Shown piece after piece: positions 25,381-37,145 of a stretch of DNA of 64,000 bases (within the stretch, counting starts at the first letter, position 1; every line of letters starts with the position of its first letter). The stretch is from assembly GCF_018350175.1 (NCBI RefSeq), contig NC_058368.1, positions 53,756,001 to 53,820,000 on the forward strand, read 5' to 3'. This DNA is from Felis catus (taxonomy: Eukaryota). A program made the position numbers and the translations under genes. The notes beneath the pieces were generated by a model. It was not told where the DNA came from. It searched no databases and saw nothing but the letters and a program-made list of their open reading frames with translations.

Positions 25381-25872
25381 TGTGTTAGTTAGCACAATGG
25401 CCCTTCAAAGATAACTACATACTAATCCCTGGATCTTGTGAATATACTACTTTACATTACAAAGGGTATTTATGGTTATATATGGAATTAAGGTTGCTAA
25501 TCAGCTGACCTGAAAATAGGAAGATCATCCTGGATTATTCAAGGCCCAATATCATCACAAGTAGGTCTTTGAGAGTGGAAGAGAGGCAGAATAGGACATC
25601 AGAGTGATGCAGTGTGAGAAGCACTAAATCTGTTGATGGCTTTGACCATGGAGGAACAGCCATGAGCCAAGGAATATAGATGGCTCTAGAAGCTGGAAAA
25701 GGCAAGGAAATGTACTCTGTCCTAGAGCTTCTGGAAAGGAGTGCTGATATTTTGATATTAGCCCAGTGAAACTTGTGTCAGACTTCTGCCTTACTGTGAG
25801 ATAATGTATTTGTGTTGTTTTAAGCCACTAACTTTGTGGTAATTTGTTATAGCAGCAGTAGAATACTAATAC
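25381..25872 (+). mobile_element. MaLR solo LTR (MLT1D-like)
   Basis: aatggcccttcaaagat...ctaatccctgga...tctagaagctggaaaaggcaaggaaa...ttgttatagcagcagtagaatactaatac. Confidence 0.85.
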
Positions 25873-25917
25873 CGACCAATGCTGTGGAATGTTTTATTAA
25901 CGAGTGGTTTCTGAGAT

Positions 25918-26334
25918 AACAGTATGCTGGCAAATGTTTAAGAACCAGCTCACCATGGGGCCCCTGGGTGGCTCAGTTGGTTGAGTGTCTGACTTCGGCT
26001 CAGGTCATGATCTCACCGTCCGTGGGTTCCAGCCCCGTAGGGCTCCGTGCTGACAGCTCAGAGCCTGGAGCCTGCTTCAGATTCTGTGTCTCCCTCTGTC
26101 TCTGCACCTCCCCTGCTTGCACTCTGTCCTTCTCTCTCTCAAAAATAAATAAACACTGAAAAGAAAATTGTTAAAAACCAGCTCTCCAGGAAAAAAGAGA
26201 AAACATCTTATTAGTGTTTGTCAATTTTTATGGTATAAATACTCCCAGCGTTGCTGATTTCAAATTACCAGGGTTGGGAAGAGAGGCCCACAATCTCTCA
26301 TGAGCCAGTGCTAGCCATCTGCGGTATGCTACTG
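25918..26334 (-). mobile_element. MER63-like hAT-Blackjack MITE, interrupted by a SINEC
   Basis: tgctggcaaatgtttaa...ggtataaatactccc...gatttcaaattacca...gttgggaagaga matches recalled MER63A. Confidence 0.7.
25957..26176 (+). mobile_element. CAN-SINE
   Basis: SINEC head and tail; TSD aaccagctcacca / aaccagctctcca. Confidence 0.96.
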
Positions 26335-28199
26335 GAATATGTTTGGGTAACTATATATCTAGCCCTTTCAGGATTGCAACTTGTATGTTAGGTTTATTAG
26401 TGGTAGCCCTTCTGAGAAGAAGTCTGCTTAATGCTATACAACCCAGCCCTCCAAACTTACTTGACAACATTCTTTCCCCCCCAAATGGTAGACGTGAAGT
26501 GGAAAGTGGGTGACAAAATAGTATCAGCTACGTCATCTACTGTCCCCACCCTCCACCCCAGATTTTTTTACATTCTATCAAAACGTCTCCCCAATTCATG
26601 AGTACCATTTACTTTTTTCTTATTATCCATTTCATAATTAGGGAATGCATATCTAGGGATAAGAAGATAGGACAAACTGAACTAGAAACAGAGATTCTTG
26701 TGGCTAGCCCTCCTTGCTCCCTACCCAGTTTGCCAGGCAAGCAAGTAGCAGCAAGCAGCTGCTGAATAAATGATCTCTATTGACATCAAGGATCTAGGGA
26801 CTGAGGCTCTCTTTTCTAGCATGATCAGTCCAAGTTGTCAACTGAGGGAGGGTCACCTTGCTTCAAAGAGCCCGGCTTTTGAGTGCTGGGTGTTAGTGTA
26901 ATAGGATAAATGACATTTGCCCTGTGACTGCTACTTCATATAATTCCCTCAGAGGCTTTTCTGAAGCTTGGGGGAATCTTTTGATAATGATTTAATTTTT
27001 CTTGGAGCTTGTTAATTCTGCCGATCGGGGCATAGGGGTAGGGGTGAGGTGCTTTAATCTTGCTAATTAACTGCATTTCTGTCTCTTCCTGTTTAGATCA
27101 TTTCTTTTGGATGACTCAGTCTCTTTAGGGTAAATGTTCAGTCTTTCAGATTTCTCAACTGTTTCCCTGCTCTTCCCCAAGATGGTGTCATATGTCTCAG
27201 GTTTGGGGGCCGAGGGAGATCATGTAATCCTGTGGCAGTGGGCAAGTCGGGCCTCTATGAATGCAGGTCCTTGTTCTGCGTGCTGTTCTTGTGCTCTGTG
27301 GTGAGGAAGTTTGTGTGTTCTGGCCCGCTGGGGTCTGCTGACATGTGGCTGGCTCCATGCGGCCTCGAGAGAGATCATGCTGATATCCACGCCTGACGTT
27401 TGTGGGTGTGGCCTTTGGCTTGCGGTCTCCCGCCTCCATGCTCTGCCATCCTCGCTTCCAAAGCGGACTTCCCCAGCCCTCCCAACACGCTGTGGGCCCT
27501 CTTTGGAGCTCACAGGGTCCAGGCTTGTCCCTCGTTCCAAAGTACTACTGCAGACTCCCAGAGGACATTTCTCTGGTTGCTGCATTGTCCCTGCTCGTGG
27601 CATGTTGGCTAAGACACAGAGACAAAGAGCTTCCCCGTCCCTCAAATTATACCAGAGGAAGTGTGTGGCTAACTCCAGCGTTCTTGGGTCTCCCAAAATG
27701 TCAGGGGGTGGCGGGGATTAGACACTTAAGAATCTGGTTCTGCCGTTATCGACCGCCACTTCTTTGCTCCTTTTTATATACTCTGCCACGCTCAAAGAAG
27801 TAGCCCTCCATTGAGCCTTTCTGATTGAAACATTTCTTAGGCCACATCTATTTCAATAAGCCTCATGGCTTGGCTTTCATGGGTGGCAGAAATATTCTCT
27901 CTGTATCAGGGAAAAAATTCTAAAATATGAGCTGGACAGGTATGGTTTCTCGCATAAGGAGTCATGGAAGGAAAAATTAGGAGGTAAGAATTAGCTAGCA
28001 TGGAAATACACTAACGATATCCTGGCTAATCCCATTATACCTGCCAATAGAATTGTGCATGTGAGGACATAACCCCTCCCCCCATCCCCGTTCTGAGATC
28101 GCTGGAGAATTTAAGCCCTATCGAATTTTTGCCTCACGTGTGTATATATTAATTCGATTCACTCATAGGAGCTGAAGTGTTGTGATCATACTAGACATT

Positions 28200-28480
28200 A
28201 GTATTCATAATGTACTTTTAATAGGCTCAAAGAAATGTCTTTTCCAGAAAGCCCACCCCACTCTTTATTCCTGTAGTCATTTGTATTTTATTTTATTAGC
28301 ATATATTGCACTGTATTATACTTAATTGTTTTCACATCTTTCTTCCTCTCTCCCAGCCTCTCCCCACATGTATACTAAGCATGCATGACTGAGACAGAAT
28401 CTTGTGATGTTTATGTCTGTACCTTTCATGCATGGTAGTGTGCCTGGTGCACAGTAGCTACTCAATCCATGAATGGATGA
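28200..28480 (+). mobile_element. L2 3' fragment
   Basis: gtgcctggtgcacagtagctactcaatccatgaatggatgaa L2 terminus. Confidence 0.65.
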
Positions 28481-28732
28481 AGTGACTTAGTAAGTAACCT
28501 TTCAGCAAATAGGCAACAGAGAAAAAAAAAAAATCTCTGATTCCACCATCAATATCAGGTCTCTAGTAGAGGTAAGATGATTTCAGCTGTGAGACCAACC
28601 CATGAGATGTGAATCACAGCAGACTGAAAACCTCATTTTCCAAAATGTCTAATTTTCATCACATTAGACAATGTGGATTGACTCTGTGAATATGAAATAT
28701 CCACCCTCTGGTAAATATTGAATAGGGTTTTA

Positions 28733-28902
28733 AAATTATTTTTTTTATGTTTGTTTATTTTTGACAGAGAGACATAGAGTGAGAGCAGAGAGAGATAGGG
28801 GGAGACAGCCCAGAGCCTGACATGGGGCTCGAACTCACAAACCACAGGATCATGACCTGACCTGAAGTTGGATGCTCAACCGACTGAGCCACCCAGACAT
28901 CC
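28733..28902 (-). mobile_element. CAN-SINE with an internal deletion
   Basis: Antisense SINEC lacking the gaagcaggctccaggctctgag segment; TSD tgaatagggtttta / tgaatggggtttta. Confidence 0.93.
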
Positions 28903-29116
28903 GTGAATGGGGTTTTAGAGCAATATTCTGTATGACAAAATAAGCATAATTGGAGCAAACATGGCATTCGAATGTTTAGACATATCATAAACACTGAGGT
29001 TTGCTATTATCAGTGTTATTGCTGTTGATGATACTATTACAAAGTATACTTCTAGCTCCAGTCAATAGTTGTGGTTTTTTATTTACATTATTTAAATTTA
29101 AAAACGAATATCTACT

Positions 29117-29325
29117 GGGGCACCTGGGTAGCTCCGTCGATTAAGCGTCACACTCTTGATTTAGACCCACGTCTTGATCTCACAGTTGGTAAGTTTGAGC
29201 CCCGCATTGGGCTCTGCACTGACAGTGTGGAGCCTGCTTGGGGTTCTCTCTCTCCCTCCCACTCTGCCTCTCCCCTGCGCACTCCCTCTGTCTCAAAAAT
29301 AAATAAACAAACTTAAAAAATTTTT
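29117..29325 (+). mobile_element. CAN-SINE
   Basis: SINEC head and tail; TSD aaaacgaatatctact / aaaatgaatgcctact. Confidence 0.95.
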
Positions 29326-31213
29326 AAAATGAATGCCTACTTAGTATAGACAAAGTTATAAAGCACAGATAGTTTTAAAAAAGAAAAAAATAATACACTA
29401 TCTGAAGATAATCACCATTAATAGCTTGCTCTCTGTGTTTCTCAGAAAAATTACATCATGCTGTGCTAACTATTTTACAGAGTACTTTTTGTTTGGACTT
29501 CATAACAATATCGACATCTTTTTAATATTTTCCTTTCCTACTCTAAATACTAAATTGCACCAACTCCTTTATGTATTTTTCAATTTTTTGAGGTATTCTG
29601 ATTTTTTTTTCTTATAGTAAAGAAACGATTTGACTTCATTCAGTAGGATTTTCTATATCCAAACAATCTTTTTTGCTTTTAGGAACTCCCTATTTTTTAA
29701 GCATGAGAAGTGATTTTTATTGGTCTGTGCAGTTGACTAATGGAATATGTCCTGGGCCTGGCTTTGAATCTCAGGCTCAGCTGTGATTGTTAGCAAGACC
29801 ACATTCTGCCTTCAGATTGTCTCCATACTGTTGGAATACACTAACCACTCGAATGTGTTTTGTCTTGAATATAACCTATGCTAATTGGTTTAAAATATGG
29901 ACAGATCTCACGCCAGGTGTTTGCAAGTGAAGAAAGTTTTTAGGCTGTGAACATGCTGTTTGAAGTGTGGGTGTCCCAGGAGGTTAGAGCTGGTGCTGCT
30001 CAATACATGAACCCTAAATGGCCTTCGGCATATCTGTCCAACAGGTTACATTGATGTAGGCATTTCTGAAGTATGGAATATCTCTATATCTCAGACCAAA
30101 TTGATTTTCATGGAAGCTACACTCATAATTAAAACAAAAACACAAAGTATTCCTAGTACACTGTAACATTCTAAGAAAACAGTGGCTACTTATTTGTAAA
30201 CTGAGATAAATATAACAAGCTGAGCAAAGAGGACCTTTGTGCTTTGTGTTTAAGGGGGCTCATAAGCACCTTGTAAGGAAAACCATGGTAGATGGAAGAA
30301 TATAGGAAAATTTTAGAGGTATCACAACTTCATAAGCTCTTCATCAGGACACTATATATAAATTTATACACATTATACTCAAATAAATTTATACATGTTA
30401 TTCTCTATACCATAAAGGGTTACATGATCGCTACCTGATCATATATTATGGTAACATCTTTTGGCTTAGTTTGGGTACTATATGAGCTCAAAAATAACAA
30501 CATCGCATTTATTTAAGCATGCTACATAGTTAATATGGCTATCAGAAGTGTCTGGCTTTGTATGATCTAATATTTACATTTAGAGCTAGAGAAAGTGCCG
30601 CTTGACAGTGAATATGTTTTAGTATCACTATCTTGCAGGCAGGTTCGTATTCCTTTTGATATCAAAATTGGGAATTTGCAGTAAAACAAAGTGAGCATTG
30701 TGTAGCGCGACAAATCCCATGCGGTAGTGTAATTGGAAGTCAAAGATTATTTGGGAATACAAAGCAAAGTACAAAACGACTTGCTGCCTATGAGTATTTT
30801 CTAATTTTTCTAATATTTCTCCTACTTATAGGATAATGCAAACTTAATAAAAAATATCTGCTGTGATTTACGTTGTGCTATAAGATATTTAATTACATTT
30901 GACACTAAGTGTGCGGGTGTGCACATGCCTGGGAGCGCTACGTCATGTGATGCAATTCTAAATGTCTTTTGAAAAACAGAAGCTAATACGGAGTTGGCCA
31001 GATTCTGGGGTGAATTATTCATGGAAAGTTACATTTGCAAAGCTCAGTGTCTAATAAAAACACAAGGCAAATAAGTAAATGTTTCCTTTTCTTACACTGT
31101 TTTTTTTTTTTTTAAAGACAGATGTTATTAAGTTCCTTTATTCTAAATGACTACTACAGAATGAAGAATGAAAGCAGCATTTTACTTTTTATGTTTATAA
31201 AATGAAGTGATCT

Positions 31214-31449
31214 GGGGCGACTGGGTGGCTCAGTTGGTTAAGCGTCCGACTTCGGCTCAGATCATGATCTCACAGTTTGTGGGTTTGAGCCCCGTGTCGG
31301 GCTCTGTACTGACAGCTCAGAGCCTGGAGCCTGCTTCGGATTCTGTGTCTTCCTCTCTCTCTGTCCCTCCCCTGCTCACACACTGTCTCTCTTTCTCTCT
31401 CTTTCTCAAAAATAAACATTAAAAAAATAATAAAAAAATTAAAAAATAT
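31214..31449 (+). mobile_element. CAN-SINE
   Basis: ggggcgactgggtggctcagttggttaagcgtccgacttcggctcag head; long A-rich tail. Confidence 0.96.
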
Positions 31450-31880
31450 AAAATGATCTAATTTAATTTGCTCATTTTAAATAAAAGACATTTTAATAGT
31501 CCTATCAGTCAGGATTCTGTTAATCAATGGAAAATGCTGCAGGAAAAGAATGGATTTCTGGATATTTCTGCTGTAGGCAAAGATTTACTAATAGCTTTAC
31601 GAAAACAATTCTAAATTACAATGATTATATTTGTTCAATGTAGAGTGGGTGCACCTGGCTCATTGATGTCTAAAGTTCATTTTGCTTTCAAATTCTATTC
31701 AGAGTTATTTCTCAATGAAGTTTAGCATTTTCCAAGTTGAGAGAATTTTCTAGTTTTTCTTCAACGTTGCTGAAACAGAGTGTTTACATTATTTTAAATT
31801 CCTTAAATTGCAAACGAACTGTTGTCCCATCTGTGCAAGTAAATGAGCAAAAATAAACGAGGTTATTTGCTGCAAATTAG

Positions 31881-31882
<2 letters not shown>

Positions 31883-31923
<41 letters not shown>
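31883..31923. repeat. (TA)n microsatellite
   Basis: About 20 perfect TA units. Confidence 0.98.
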
Positions 31924-31926
<3 letters not shown>

Positions 31927-31996
31927 ATTTTTTTAAGCCAGGAGTTAACCATGTTTCAGCTATGAGAAACTGAAATTTAGACTTTCGCTGGATTTA

Positions 31997-32220
31997 TTTT
32001 TTTTTTAATTTTTTTTTCAACGTTTATTTATTTTTGGGACAGAGAGAGACAGAGCACGAACGGGGGAGGGGCAGAGAGAGAGGGAGACACAGAATCGGAA
32101 ACAGGCTCCAGGCTCTGAGCCATCAGCCCAGAGCCTGACGCGGGGCTTGAACTCCTGGACCGCGAGATCGTGACCTGGCTGAAGTCGGACGCTTAACCGA
32201 CTGCGCCACCCAGGCGCCCC
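31997..32220 (-). mobile_element. Young feline SINEC_Fc-type element
   Basis: Minus strand reads ggggcgcctgggtggcgcagtcggttaagcgtccgacttcagccaggtcacgatctcgcg; many CpGs intact; perfect 15-bp TSD ctttcgctggattta (31982-31996 / 32223-32237). Confidence 0.98.
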
Positions 32221-32669
32221 ATCTTTCGCTGGATTTAAATAGCATGGCAAAAATGAACCAAAAGTGGTGGGACAATTTCCAGAAGGTCTCAGTGTGGACT
32301 TAGCCATGCAGGCTTTGGCACACTGGTGTTTGAGAGTGGACATGAGCTCGTGAAAAGAAATAGTTGGCTCTCAGATGCTCTATTCCTGGCATGCTTGGTG
32401 CTCACCTCTGAGTCTTAGAGGGCTGGAAGCAGATTGCGTACTTGTGACCATTTAAATTCCACCCAGTGACCATTGTCACCAGGGTGTCGCCAAAAGGGTT
32501 TTGGGGGCTATGAAATGGCTATAAGTATAGGAAGAGATCGTTAGAAACTAAAGATGAGCTAGAAAGTAGTTTTGGGGCTGTGTTCTGACATGGGGAATCT
32601 CATTGATTCCATCAGCAAATGTTGAGTAGGGACAAAATAGAAGACACCACACTATATTATAAAGAGGTT

Positions 32670-32886
32670 CTAGCTGTGCTGGCTAATATGTAGCTAGTAG
32701 TCATCTGTGACTGTTTCAACTTAAATGTTAACGAAATGAAGTAAATGAAATTAAAGTTCATTTCCTCAGTTGCACTATCCACAGTTATGTGCTTAATAGC
32801 CATGTGTGGCTAGTAGCTACCATATTGGAGAGTGTGTATGAAAAACATTTACATCATCGAAGAAAGTTCTCCTGGAGAGTTCTGGC
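32670..32886. mobile_element. MER3-like hAT-Charlie MITE
   Basis: ttcctcagttgcacta...cttaatagccatgtgtggctagtagctaccatattgga...catcatcgaagaaagttct. Confidence 0.8.
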
Positions 32887-32979
32887 AAGATGGTCAAAGA
32901 TGTGGTCCTGGTGCTTTTCATGCTGGTAATGCCTTTGAGCTTCAACACCAAACGGTGTATGGGATGAACAGTTTGAGAG

Positions 32980-33430
32980 GTAAAGACAAGACAGTGGGAT
33001 GAGTTCAGAGGAGAGAAGATCAGATCAGAGTGGATAGAAGAGAGTCACAGAAAAAGTAGAATTTGAGGTCAGTACGAAAGAAAGAGTATGAGTTTAGCAA
33101 AGGTAAATTGAAACATTCGCTACATAGAGGAAGACAGGAGTACAAAGGCAGAGAGGATGGTGAGTGAGCTGTGGTGAAGAGATCATGTGAGATGTGGGCA
33201 CCTGAAGCCCCTGGAGTTCTGGCTATGGGAGACCTTGAAGAGAAGGGTTTGGGCTTTTTCTGAAGGACTGAGAAACCACTAGAATTTTTGAGCAGGGAAT
33301 GTGATCCAAGTGTTATTTCAGGAAGATATTTCTGGCAGCAGTGTGCAGACTGGATTGGGTGGGGAGAGAAGTTGATAGACCATATTAACACATGTTGGAA
33401 ATGGGCCATATGTGCACTTGTAAGAACCTG
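32980..33430 (-). mobile_element. L2 LINE fragment
   Basis: gagaaaccactagaatttttgagcagggaatgtga...ctggcagcagtgtgcagactggattg, antisense L2. Confidence 0.7.
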
Positions 33431-33582
33431 AACTTGAATATCAGCAACTTAACTCTGGATACATACTGTAGTGAACCTAGATTAAAATAAGCTTATTTTA
33501 TAATGGCATTATTGGAAATCTAGGTATCCATATTTCCCTAAGTGACTGATTTTTGTGCACCTCTCTTCCATTATCTTTACAG

Positions 33583-33646
33583 TTCAGAGGATACAGATTG
33601 CTCATAACTCAAGGAAGAGCAGCAGTAGGGACTCAAGGATAAGAAG
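33583..33646 (+). other. Candidate 64-nt internal exon of an unidentified transcript
   Basis: Branch-like ctgat, pyrimidine tract ending tttacag, purine-rich body, donor AAG|gtaaga. Confidence 0.35.
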
Positions 33647-33800
33647 GTAAGACTGGCGGGAAAAATTAAGCAAATGGAAATAATTCAGGCTGAAGAGAGA
33701 AACACAGTCAGACAGTTTAGAGTGGAAGTGACCTGTTTGGTTTGGAGGACTGCAATCTTTATCTGGATAACATCCGCCCACCATGCTTGTTCCCCTTACA

Positions 33801-33970
33801 CAGTGGTGAGGTCGGCCCTGGCTCATACTGGCCATGTGTGTCTTTTCTCAATTTTGCTTTCTATGAATCTCGTCTCATGGTGGAGTATATATACCACGGA
33901 AATTGTCAAATGTTGTCAATCATGGCTCTTCCAATCCCAGCTGTGTCCGCAGAGCTGTGTCGCCACTATG
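33801..33970 (+). mobile_element. MER63-like hAT MITE fragment
   Basis: cagtggtg start; catggtggagtatatataccacggaaattgtcaaatg interior. Confidence 0.6.
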
Positions 33971-34089
33971 CCCACAGGAACCATGCAGACCGGCTTGATC
34001 TCATTTTTAAAATACAAGACTAAAAATTAAAGATACAATGATACTGAGCAGTCACACCAAGGGAGACTAGTTCTACCAACCCAGGGTTT

Positions 34090-34131
34090 ATAATTCTAGG
34101 TATACATATGGATAATTCTAGGTATACATAT
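34090..34131. repeat. Tandem duplication, 22-bp period
   Basis: ataattctaggtatacatat at 34090-34109 and 34112-34131. Confidence 0.95.
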
Positions 34132-34489
34132 ACATATGGTATTTTATAATATCACATGCATCTTAATACTGCTTTTAGGTCTATTTTTCCCTCCTTGCTA
34201 GGTAGGCCATAGAGCTGTTCAGAAGTCACCCAGAGGAGTGGAGACTCTGTCTTCCTGGCTTCCTTGTCCAAATTTGATGTAGCTTCACCTGTGATTTGTG
34301 CACAGGAAAGCTATCAGTGTAGTTGTACTCTTACTAATTGATGTGTACAGCTTGTTTCCCTTTAAGTTTAGGAACAAGTGTTTTTCTCTTTTAACGGGCT
34401 TAGAGGCCTCCAAAAACATGTACTTTCCTACAGCAGCAGTGGTGAGCAATGCCTGTCACGGCCACTGTTTTACTATAACCAGTTGCCAT

Positions 34490-34710
34490 CGGTTGAGTGT
34501 TTATTATGTACGTGGTGCTATCCTAAACACTTTCCATGCATGATCCCATTTAATCCCCCACTGTCAACCTTTTAGTTAGAAACTCTTCTGTCCATCTGCC
34601 AGATGAAGAAATCAGATTGGAGAGGTTAACAAACCTGCCCGAAGTCACATAAGTGACTGAGCTGGGTTGCCAGTTCAAATCTCTCAGACATTATAACCCT
34701 GACCCTTCAT
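34490..34710 (-). mobile_element. MIR SINE
   Basis: catttaatcc...cagatgaagaaatcaga...gagaggttaac...ctgcccgaagtcaca. Confidence 0.8.
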
Positions 34711-35814
34711 CACTAAGCTATACTGCATGGAGAAAAAAAAAAATCTTTCCTGGCAGTGATAGGCCTGCCAGGAGCCATGATGAGTGAAGAATGACAGCCC
34801 TCAGGGCTTTGGCAACCGAGAATGAGACTTTTTTACTGTGTGCCCAGAGTGTGTGGCTATTACCTTTATGGGCTTGTAGGGAGAATAAAGCCCAAGGTGC
34901 ACTTGGACACACAAGGGGAACCTTGTTCTAGGATCCGACTTCCTTTGAAACCTCACAGGTAATGAGCAGATTCAGTGATTCTAATAAAACGCTCGTGAGA
35001 ATTCCCAGATTGAGTCAGAGTCCCAGATTGAGAAAATCTATGACCCAGTTTTTCCAAGTCTTGCCTCATTCTAAAACTCTAATATTTAAAAATAATAATA
35101 ACAATAACAAACTAGGTGGACACTTCCGAGATTTATAAGTAGAAAAATAATTTCTGAGATGCAACCTACACAATACGGTTGTGAGAAATGCACTTTGTGG
35201 AAACCTTAGATGCTACTGAATGGCGAATGACTCTAGCGTCCAAAATGCTCAAACCATACTTGCAAAAGGACCCAATTACAAGAGCAAATGAGGTTTGTGG
35301 AGCTGATGCCATTTCGTGAATTGGGCGTGTAACGTGGAAAAGCTATCTGCTTTGGTTAATGTCATGTTTGTGTGTATTCACTCACACTTATGCACAGACA
35401 TGCATCCATAATAGTAACTCGGTGAGATACCCAGAGGGTATGGAAATTCCTGCCTCAACTTGGGTTTTTAGACATGCTTCCTTTATTCTCAACACCCGTG
35501 CACATGAGAAACTGTAGCTTGAGCACAGACTTGGCAGGCAGACCATGTTCTCTGTTTTTCTAAAACACTCTTCCTTTCTCTTCAGTGGTACCTATCTGGG
35601 GGGGCGCTAAGCCGCCTCACACTGGCCTCTCAAGCTTCCGAAGGGCATTGAAGACTTGTTTGGGGCTCATAATTTATGCTGTGCTGACAAACAGTCGAGA
35701 CTGTGATGGTGCCCAGAGAATCCAACTTCTCTGAAGCCCTGGATCACATTAATATGCAGTATTTCATTTACAACCCCTTTCTAAGTAGGTTTGAGAGGAT
35801 AATGCCTTGTTTGA

Positions 35815-36020
35815 ATAATAATATAGCACATTTTACTATTCAAAGTGCTTTCACATAAATCATCCTTCTCATTTTATTTTTGAAACAATGAGGGAGATAA
35901 GGCTAGGATTATTACCTACAGGGAATCAGAAGCTCAGAAGGGTCAAGTGATTTACTCAAAGTCACATTGCAAATTCTCAGCAAAGCCAAGATTAGAAGCT
36001 GTGATTCTTCATTCTCAGTT
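35815..36020 (-). mobile_element. MIR SINE
   Basis: caaagtgctttcacat...aagctcagaagggtcaagtgatttactcaaagtcaca. Confidence 0.75.
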
Positions 36021-36304
36021 CGCCTGGGTCTTTTTAAAAGAATGTTGGTGCCCACAGCTTCCTGGGTAGAATACTGAAATTCTCAGGCACAGCCTCTTGT
36101 TTCTGAGTGTTCATTTCTATAGTTTGCTTTTAGCATCATTTGGGTTTTGTGGCCTTATGAGATGGCATGAGATTTTAAAAATAAGTTTATACTTTAACCT
36201 TTTTTTCTTAGTAGATGACTTTAAAATGTTATCTGAAAGCATATAATTTCTTAAACTAAGTATTCAAAATTTGGTACAAGGTACATATAATGATAGTGAT
36301 TCTT

Positions 36305-36528
36305 TTTTAAAAAATTTTTTAAATATTTTGATTTACTTTTGAGAGAGAGACAGAGACAGAGCACAAGTGGGGGAGGGGCAGAGAGAGCTGGAGACACAGA
36401 ATCTGAAGCAGGCTCCCGGTTCCAAGCTCTCAGCACAGAGCCTGATGTGGGGCTTGAACTCATGAGCTGTGGGATCATGACCTGAGCCGAAGTCGGATGC
36501 TTAACTGACTGAACCACCCAGGCGCCCC
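36305..36528 (-). mobile_element. CAN-SINE
   Basis: Antisense SINEC; perfect 13-bp TSD gatagtgattctt (36292-36304 / 36529-36541). Confidence 0.97.
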
Positions 36529-37010
36529 GATAGTGATTCTTGACAGTTGCTTTTCATCCTTGTATTTAATCATAGGCAGGGTGGTGAGTTTACACGAGAC
36601 AGTTAATGAGAAAGCATTTGGTAATAGGGAGAGCTGACATAGGCACTATTAGAGTCAGAAATTATTTAATTGATTTAATTTGTTACTTAATAGTTTCAGT
36701 TTGTTAGAAATGGCATTTGACTTGTTCACAAGGTTTCTGTGCTTGGTCTGTTTTCATGACTTTCATTCAGACATCCTTTAAACACATCTATACTATTGAA
36801 CATAATACAAAATGTGATGATATATATGTGTTTAGCTATCTATATGCCAGACATTTCAGCATAGTACTGTTTTCTTATACTGTTTTACTTGGATCCCTTC
36901 TTGCTCCTCTCACACTCCTCTTGCCCCCTACCCCCCAGTGACCCATAATAGCTGTTGTTACCATTGCTCATGTAATTGCAAGCAAAAGTATATACATGTG
37001 TGTATATATA

Positions 37011-37012
<2 letters not shown>

Positions 37013-37072
<60 letters not shown>
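37013..37072. repeat. Compound (TG)n(TA)n microsatellite
   Basis: Directly visible. Confidence 0.97.
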
Positions 37073-37145
37073 CACATAAATATATCCACATATGCACATG
37101 TATAATAGGGATTATTTATTTTTCTTTAATCAATACAAGATTATA

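Noticed and set aside
27197..27803. Five overlapping ORFs of 70-158 aa on both strands
   Set aside because: Explained by locally high GC content giving fewer stops; no homology recognised and no splice structure
35595..35625. CTCF site (GGGGGCGCT core)
   Set aside because: The 5' half of the CTCF consensus (CCASYAG) is missing; the match at 7033-7050 is also imperfect
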